This document shows, piece by piece, positions 55,377-64,000 of a stretch of DNA of 64,000 nucleotides. Source of the stretch: Hormiphora californensis (Eukaryota; Animalia; Ctenophora). Numbering within the stretch: position 1 is the stretch's first letter; the number at the start of each line of letters is the position of its first letter. The position numbers and the translations under genes were made by a program. Location of the stretch: contig CM035350.1 of NCBI GenBank assembly GCA_020137815.1, positions 2,976,001-3,040,000 on the forward strand, written 5' to 3'. Below the pieces are notes generated by a model. That model saw only the letters and a program-made list of their open reading frames with translations, searched no databases and was not told where the DNA came from.

Positions 55377-58300
55377 CTAAACATCAGTGTTTTCCTTTTC
55401 ATTTCTATACTTGGACATACTGACGGGAAGGTTCCTGAAAAGTGTGGTTACATTTAGTGATAACTAAACTGCTAGTAATATAATTTGGTGATGAAATCCC
55501 CTATTATGTTCCTGGCTATCAACTAAGAAGTTTAACTTACTGTTGCTGTCGTCTCTCACTGACATCCGCAGCTTCCGCAGGTATCGGCATATCCCTGGTT
55601 TCTAGAAATGATAGTTACATTTTTTCAAGTTTCAAGTTTACATTATTTCTGATTTTAACTGTCACCCACCACCTTTTAGCATGTTTATCTTCAAAATGGG
55701 GGCTGAGATTGAGATGACGTCTCCAGAACTATGTGTTTTATTACCTGGTAAAAGGAAGACCAGTAAACCTCCAACACCAGCCATTGCAGCCGTTCCCAGT
55801 AGTTTGCCTGTTCCAGATGACTTTGCTAAGTAAGGTCCACAAAACGCCGCTGAAACAAAAATCGATAAAATGTATCCACCCCTACAAAAGCTGCCGGAAG
55901 CAGTTAGTCCTTTGAATTACCGGTAACATGACCATTCAACCGTTCAATGTAACCACTAATACCTGCTCGTGCTATAAGGGAACACGTTGACATGGCGTAG
56001 CCCCTAAGGCAGGTCGGTGCCAGCTCCCCCGCATACAGGAACAACTGTGCGAAGGCTATAGAGATCCACACTACAATGATGAGAGCCAGCAACCTCTCCA
56101 GGCTCCACACCTCTGTCCATTTCCAGGGGATGAGACTCAACAAGAAGCAGGCCGATGTAACCAGGAGGGAGATTGATAGGGTGAGTTTCCGTCCAAAGAA
56201 TGTGATGAAGATGGCCAAGAGGACATACGCTATTGCTTCACTTAGACCTGCAAAGAAAACGTGACCTTAAACAAGAATTATTGCATTATGTATTCATAAT
56301 GCGGTGTTTCCCTGCCCTCCGTCGACAGGATCAGTATCACACTATCAGTATCACAATATCAAGGCTTGGTCACAATGTGAGATGCATGCGTCCTGTATGT
56401 ATGCAGTTACACAGCTGTTTTACTCTACCCTCACCCCTTCAGCAACAGTGTTGTGAGCGCCGCACACAGCTTTGAAAAATAAGCGTCCTGACATCATATT
56501 TCATCAAAACAGTTATTTGATTTTATGAAGGAGCAGTTACTATGCTGCTACCGTGACACACGCGATTTTGACCACGTTCGAGTTACTATTTCAAATCCGA
56601 GATTTCTAACCCCTTTATGATCTTTTTAGCACACGTTCTAAAACGATCATCCGGGTGGAGAAAAAATTTGTTATTTAGAATGATTATTGTTGATGGTCCT
56701 TGTCCCGGAGAGTGCTCTACTTACGGTTGCGAGGAGCAAGTAAAACAAGGAAGTTTTAGTTCAACAGTTTACACATGTTGAACTAAAACTTCCTTGTTTT
56801 ACTTGGTATTTAGAATGATTATAACTTGTGGTGTACCGTGTTTACTCAACAAGGTGTACCTGCAAAGAGGTAGCTGACGTAAGGGGTTGTTCCAAATGAG
56901 CTCCACCCGTAGTTAACTCCATAGTAAAGAAGACAACACGTCAACCACATGTATCCCTGGATGACCAACTCCAGCGCCATTCCGGGATGGTTACAATAAT
57001 CTTGCATCTGATGAATTCTGCAATTAGTATAGTAAATGCATACTAATTACATACTAATTGCATGCTAAAGTATGTGAAGTAGTCATTCCAAAATGAATAT
57101 ACACTGCACCTTTGATTTGAAGGAGACACTTTTAGTTTCCTTGTTGAGGGCAGATCCTATCAGTCTGGTGTTGGTCAGATTAATTTGAACATTTGTGATC
57201 CGGCCGTACTTCTCCAGCACCACTTTAGCTTCTTCTTCCTTGCCGATCGCCAACAAATACCTGCAGGGAGACACTCCAGTATGAACAATAAAACAGTTTC
57301 AAACTTGTCAACACTCATTCTTTCAAGTTACCAACATAGTTTTAACTTTAGTGTTTAACTTTTCAACACCAACAACATCAACGATAGTATTCGAAATTCT
57401 AAAGTTTAAGAGACTTACCTCGGAGAGTCAGGGTAGAAAGTGAGAGGAAGAAAACAGAATATAAAGACTATCCCACTGCCAGCATGGATGTATTGCCAGG
57501 TATAGATGAAGTATGACACCCCCACGAGAGTAGGATACCCAACACACCACACCAGCATGCTGTAACTGTTGTAGTAGTTTCTGAACTTCTCTGGCATGAA
57601 TTCCAACACCCAAATATACCCACCCGCGTAGGCGAGAAAGTTACCGAACCCCATGAGTAATCGGATCACCACGAGAAAGTTGTAACTGTTACATACAGTA
57701 CCCAGGAACGTTCCGATAAGAGCCGTTGCTGCTCCAATCAGACAGGCCTTTCTCCTGCCTATCTTATCGAATATGTAAGAGCCTGCAAGGGAAGTTGGTC
57801 AGCCATGATACGATAGATATCTTGGAAACTTTATTTAACAATAATGATTTAGGTTTCCCGGCGACTAACCTATTATCAAACTTATTGAGCCACCAATAAA
57901 GTAGAGAGATTCAAGAAGAGATACTTTGTCCCTGTCGCAGACCAAGTTCCACTCTAGGGCTAAGGAAGTCCTGGAGATTCGCCAGGTGTAATCCTCTCCG
58001 TATACCAAGCCCTCCTTGCAGATCTTCGAGATGTCCGTCAGATACTCTGAAATGAAATGAGTAATACAACTCTAAACTTCACAGTGTGGTGGAAATGTGA
58101 TCAGCAAGTAAATAAAGTCCATCTCACTTGTTTCGTTGAGAATATCTGAGCAGTTTTGAGTTAGGCATGTGACGGGTTCCCATGGTGTAAAGCCAGTAAA
58201 CTGGATCATGTATGCGCACAGTGCCCCCACCATAGAGAGTGACATGGCCCAGGTTGATATGGCAACCATTAGGAAGTTAGGACGAGCACCAACAGTGTTG

Positions 58301-58389
58301 ATTATGTCATCTATAGTCCGCTCCTCCATCGCCTGCTCCTCTAATGCCTGCTCCTCTAATGCCTGCTTTTCCAAGGCCTGCTTTTCCAT
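55377..58389 (-). CDS. SLC22-family (organic cation transporter-like) MFS transporter, about 9 exons
   Basis: EWNLVC, DKIGRRKA, LEFMPEKFR, PDSPRYL, YAGELAPTCLRG and LPETRD motifs across GT-AG exons. Confidence 0.85.
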
Positions 58390-59780
58390 AGCGCACTAAC
58401 TGGCTTCACACTATAATTATAGATGGCTACACGAATGCATTTTGGGACTCTCCAAAATATATAATGAAAGCTAACTAAACAACTCAGTTGTGTCATCAAG
58501 GGGTTTTGAAACACAAGTCTAGAGTAAGTAGAGGTACATACTACACAAAGACCAAACACCTACAGGCTAAGAAAGACTAGGCAAATTACCCTAACTCTAG
58601 AGAGGATCTCTCAAAGGGAAAATGTTTTTTGAGCTTCTCGCTCATTACATATACAGAGCGTGTTACTTTAAATGTGGGCCGGGTGACACACTGATAAAAA
58701 GGAATAGCTGGGTGAGCAGGTCTCAGGGAGAGAGGGATGAAATGTGATAACTATGCGGCCAATAGCAGGTGGCTAATTATATCAAATCAATTCACAAGTC
58801 CATGAAACAAATCAGCCACAAATTACAGACAAATGTGAGAACTCTCATACCCTCATTAGTCATTAGCCCTCATACAAATAACACTCTAAGATTGCATTAC
58901 AAGAGCCCTTTGATATAATGTTCTCAATTGCAATGTGTTCTAAAAACCAGCAATACTCAAGGTGGATTCAATGGAATGCTCAAGTGCGTCGTGGGCGGTC
59001 TTTGATGCCCACAATAGGTCAAATCCCTCTGTCACCTGTTATCCATTATAGGAAGACTACTGCAGTAACACTCTAAGTAGTTGGAGTCACATCGTAGTAG
59101 GCATAAAAACACGGGTGTAAGCTAATGAGCTGTCAGTATGAAGCAAGAATTAGGAGTCTTATAGGTATTGATGTGTTATGGTAACTATTCGTGGCAGTTA
59201 TGACTGTGGTTGTAATTGAAGTTTCTAGTTTTGACAGGTATTGTGCCAGGGAAGACTTGATAACCAACAGGCTCACAAATATTGGGTAAGCAGTAAGCAC
59301 TCGCTTGAACTTCAAACGAGTTGATCAAATTTTAGTAGGGCCGCTTAGAACATGCACGTGCAAAAGAAATAAACAAACTATAGAATTGTGAAATTAACAA
59401 ATGTACACACAACTACACTTAACGAGCCTGTTGCTAAGAAAACTCCGACGCTAGCTTACAGACACACAAGACTATCTAAGTCTAAACCATCAAACTACAC
59501 CATCAGCTTCACTGTCTTGATAAGCACCCAAAGAGCCCCGTAAACGTACGCGGCGGAGACACACCAATTGCTTGGAACGCGCGCACCCCGCGAAACGCGC
59601 ATATCTGTGAAACTCGCTTGAACTTCAAACAAGTTGATCAAATTTCACACAAGTTGCTTGAATAAAACATAAATAAAAAGTCAATCTTTGCCGATACTTG
59701 GCTGCAAGGAGATCATTTGGAATTTAACTTCAATTTCCCCTTAGCATGCCAAACAAAAACACCGCTTTAACAAATCTTAG

Positions 59781-62700
59781 TCGAGAGATGGGGAAGATTA
59801 AGAGTATCTGACGTGACAAGAAAATCAACTGGCGACGATTGGAGGCGAACCGAGAACCTTATTGAGGAACTACAAATACTCTACGATATACGATCTAGAG
59901 CGGCTGGCGACAACGATTCTGGGTATGATTGTTGTTCTAACAATTCTACTAGAATTATTCTAACATGCTTCTTTATAATACGCGGAGAGATGGTTTAGCA
60001 AGGCAATGCAAATGGATAGGTGTTATTTAGACACGGCCTTTTATAACTAGGGGTGACTGGTGAATCTCTCCTCCTCAAGAATTATATTATTGAAATATTT
60101 TTTATCTTATCTCCTGACAACGATCCCTAGATCAGAGTCTCTCTAATTATTAAACTCGAGCCTCTCTGGAGAGAGTCTCGAGTTTAATTCATTTAAATTG
60201 GATTATTATCCGGGAGAAAAGAGGATTGTTATATCACTGAACCGTTCACTGAACTGGTATGAGGGTGATAGGGACAATGAACATACCGTAGATAATCTTG
60301 CCGAAACTGCAGTTATAATACTTTGCAGTTTCGGCAATATTATCTACGGTATTTTCATTGTCCCTGTCACCCTCATACCAGTTCAGTGAACAGTTCAGTG
60401 ATATAACAACAACGAAACTGGTCACTCCCCCAGATCCCGATGCGAGAATTATGTTGTGAAGGCTAGGAGTTACATATTAGATATTTATACAAAACATGCG
60501 GGTTCAAGAACAAAGACTCGACAGCAACTTCGTCAGATATAGTGCCGTAAGGTACAAACAAATCAGGCAAGCTGCCTGCGGCCGCGGCCTGGCTGGGATG
60601 TGGCATATTTCACAGGATATATGCACGCTCAACAATAATATTGCATTGGCCACCTGGGTTAAAAATGTATCTGCCGTCACCCTAACACTCTATATTTGAT
60701 ACCCTGAGGCTGGGGTATCGGCGGACCAAAGACTAAACATGTTTACAGCCGCCCCTCATTTAGGTACTGTTAGGCCAATGGTCTGACAGCTCATTTCGTT
60801 AGAGCCTCACTCCAATCTTCTTCATATTGTGAACCTGCCAGATGGTAGTTCCATGCGAAGGGAGGGGAAGGGGGACTCTTCTAGTGCCGGCGTTATCGCT
60901 TTAGCGATAGTCCCTGTGGGCCCAGGCACTCTGAGTAGAAGTAGTAGTAGCTCATTCAGTTCTCGCGGTGATGGTTTGATATTCATCTCTCCTCACCTCT
61001 CTCATGATCTCTGCTGCAGGTTGTTCGAGGTGGTAAGAAATGAGGAGAAAAGGGTAGCTCGGGAATACTCCACCCTCGCGGACAACCCAGCAGGTACTAA
61101 TTAATTGATTAACTAATTAGCTCAAGGAACACTACAGAAACTATATTTTCTGGTTCAACAATCAATAACTCCATTTGGTAACCTGAATAGTTGTAGAGGA
61201 AGCAATATATTTCAACTAAAACTGTATTCTGCAGCAAAAAAAAAATGTAAACTTGTTGAGTAAGGGGTGAGAGGGACTCCCTAAAACTAACAAGGGGTAT
61301 ATAATTGTGTAGTCAGGAAATAGATATCACACCTTCCTAACAGGCAGTATTCAGTTTTTTACACAGACTGTCAGGGGACCCCTAGTAGACCGGTCCCCCT
61401 CCTAGTAGACCCCTAGTACCCCCTATGTAATAGACAAGCTGGTAACATGTCAAGATAGGGGTCGGTAGTTGATACAGTCGGACCCCGATTTACCGAGATG
61501 CTCGGGGGAAGGGGTTTTGACCGGTAAATCGGGGTGCCCGGTATATCGGGGTCAATTACCGTTAATTTCCTATATCGGGGTTCCGGTAAATCGGGGTCCG
61601 ACTGTATTTGGTAGTCAACTGAAGCTCTTTTCCATGCACAAATGCACAAGAATGCTATACAATTACAAAACATCTCTCCACTTCCAGGGCTGAACAACTA
61701 CCTCCAGGAGACATTGGAGTTGGTTGGGGATGACGTTGATCCGGTTGATACCTCTTATTGGCGATGCTCACTTCCGCCTTCCAACCCTTCATCTCTCACC
61801 CGCTCTCAGCTAGGTTGTTGTCTCTAGTTTGTTGTTTCTCTCCCTGGCAATGTGTTATGTTATTGTTAACCACTCCCAGCTGTTGGAGCTGGAATATACC
61901 CAAGAAAAATACTAGAAAGATTCAGTCGATAAAATTGTCACAATTTCAGGTCTACCAGTCCGGCAGGAGACAGCTCCCAACAAGCGGCAGAGAACTGAGG
62001 CCCCTCAGCAACAAGGCTTTACAACGCAGCAAGTTCAGAGATCAACTACCCTACACGGAGAGGGATCAAACTCAGATCGAGATATAGGGAGAAGGGAAAC
62101 TGTACCAAACAGTAGAGCGACAACGACGACGGTCCAACAAAAAGGTCCTAGCCGTTTACCAGATCGCCTGAAGAAAAGGATATATCCTGGCTCCAAACCT
62201 CCCCAATCCAAATCCGCTGGAGGAGCCAATAGCAACCCCTTCGAAAGTGCAACATCGAAGTATGTTAAGGATTGTGCCAAGGAGGGAAGGCAGGTGGATC
62301 CCGAGGTGAAAAGGAATCTGGGAGGTAAGAAGACTTACAGGGCACCTATGAAGAATGGTGCTCCTGAGGAAGAAGAGGGAGAGGAGGGAGAGATGGATGA
62401 GAGAATGAAGGGTGTGGATAAAAAACTTGCCAAAATGATAATGAATGAAATCATGGACAAAGGTGAGACAAAATATTAAGTTCCCCCCCCCCCCGATCTT
62501 TGGCGGTGTAACCACCTCTTCGGTGGGGGGGGGGGGGGAGGGCCCAACGTTCCCAAACCCGATTTAAGCGCGTGAGAATTAAAACGGGATAGGCACTGCC
62601 AATAAGATTCGTTGTTAGAATTTTACCCCCGCGAGAGTGAAAGATTTTCCACAGCTATCTAAGTTAAGTAGCTCTTGAAAAGTAAGAAATTGCGTATTTT

Positions 62701-62909
62701 AGAACCTAAAACGTTAAAAATGGGCCAGTATTACCCCAGTTTACCCTAATCTACTCTTGTAGGTCTGACTATGTCTTGGGAGGATATATCGGGGCTTGAG
62801 TTTGCGAAGAAGACGATCAAAGAGATTGTTGTGTGGCCTATGCTACGACCTGATATCTTTACTGGCCTTCGGGGACCTCCTAAAGGAGTACTACTCTTTG
62901 GACCACCAG
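59781..62909 (+). CDS. FIGNL1: Fidgetin-like 1 AAA ATPase, 5' part (exons 59781-59922, 61020-61093, 61688-61813, 61950-62462, 62763-62909); start codon not located, gene continues past the window
   Basis: GLNNY motif, FxxA-like FESA, DERMKG...[54 protein letters not shown]. Confidence 0.9.
60226..60409. mobile_element. Near-perfect palindromic MITE
   Basis: TTGTTATATCACTGAAC...GTTCAGTGATATAACAA with arms of about 88 bp. Confidence 0.75.
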
Positions 62910-64000
62910 GTAAAGGAGTACTACTCTTTGGACCACCAGGTAAAGGAGTACTACTCTTTGGACCACCAGGTAAAGGGGTGCTACTCTTTGGACCACCAGG
63001 TAAAGGGGTGCTACTCTTTGGACCACCAGGTAAAGTGGTGCTACTTTTTGGACCACCAGGTAAAGGGGTGCTACTCTTTGGACCACCAGGTAAAGTGGTG
63101 CTACTTTTTGGACCACCAGGTAAAGGGGTGCTACTCTTTGGACCACCAGGTAAAGTGGTGCTACTTTTTGGACCACCAGGTAAAGGGGTGCTACTCTTTG
63201 GACCACCAGGTAAAGGGGTGCTACTCTTTGGACCACCAGGTAAAGTGGTGCTACTTTTTGGACCACCAGGTAAAGGGGTGCTACTCTTTGGACCACCAGG
63301 TAAAGGGGTGCTACTCTTTGGACCACCAGGTAAAGGGGTGCTACTCTTTGGACCACCAGGTAAAGGGTTGCTACTCTTTGGACCACCAGGTAAAGGGGTG
63401 CTACTCTTTGGACCACCAGGTAAAGGGGTGCTACTTTTTGGACCACCAGGTAAAGGGGTGCTACTATTTGGACCACCAGGTAAAGGGGTGCTACTCTTTG
63501 GACCACCAGGTAAAGGGGTGCTACTCTTTGGACCTCCAGGTAAAGGAGTGCTACTATTTCGACCACCAGGTAAAGGGGTGCTACTCTTTGGACCACCAGG
63601 TAAAGGGGTGCTACTCTTTGGACCACCAGGTAAAGGGGTGCTACTCTTTGGACCACCAGGTAAAGGGGTGCTACTCTTTGGACCACCAGGTAAAGGGGTG
63701 CTACTCTTTGGACCACCAGGTAAAGGGGTGCTACTCTTTGGACCACCAGGTAAAGGGGTGCTACTCTTTGGACCACCAGGTAAAGGGGTGCTACTTTTTG
63801 GACCACCAGGTAAAGGGTTGCTACTCTTTGGACCACCAGGTAAAGGGGTGCTACTCTTTGGACCACCAGGTAAAGGGGTGCTACTTTTTGGACCACCAGG
63901 TAAAGGGGTGCTACTATTTGGACCACCAGGTAAAGGGGTGCTACTCTTTGGACCACCAGGTAAAGGGGTGCTACTCTTTGGACCTCCAGGTAAAGGAGTG
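62881..64000 (+). repeat. 30-bp minisatellite derived from the FIGNL1 Walker A exon end ([10 protein letters not shown])n, at least 37 units
   Basis: TAAAGG(A/G)GT(A/G)CTACTCTTTGGACCACCAGG repeated to the window end. Confidence 0.97.

Noticed and set aside
62880-63956. 358-aa minus-strand ORF ([10 protein letters not shown])n
   Set aside because: Antisense reading of the FIGNL1-derived minisatellite

Overview
Eukaryotic, intron-containing, repeat-rich animal DNA. It is probably a cydippid ctenophore such as Pleurobrachia or Hormiphora; this is inferred from the MITE and satellite families and the compact introns, not proven. Host genes: (1) a BK-channel beta-subunit (KCNMB/CaKB)-like gene at 95-20270, with at least six alternative N-terminal/TM1 exons and one set of four constant exons; (2) two small acidic Ala/Glu-rich intronless ORFs; (3) a PPxY-motif protein; (4) an ANKS3-like gene; (5) a PSKH1-like kinase; (6) a secreted SRCR-like gene split by an insertion; (7) an SLC22-like transporter; (8) the 5' part of a FIGNL1-like gene, whose Walker A/splice-donor end is amplified as a 30-bp minisatellite. 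Mobile and repeated DNA: a Penelope-like element with hammerhead motifs, a TSD-flanked 445-bp tandem array whose unit folds by eye into a viroid-like rod (retrozyme-like), L2-like and RTE fragments, a 293-bp satellite, a 2-kb decamer satellite and many MITEs. The two best candidates for undescribed systems are the variable-exon BK-beta locus and the 445-bp circular-RNA-like array. All gene models were built by hand from GT-AG sites, reading phase and remembered family motifs; no searches or folding programs were run.
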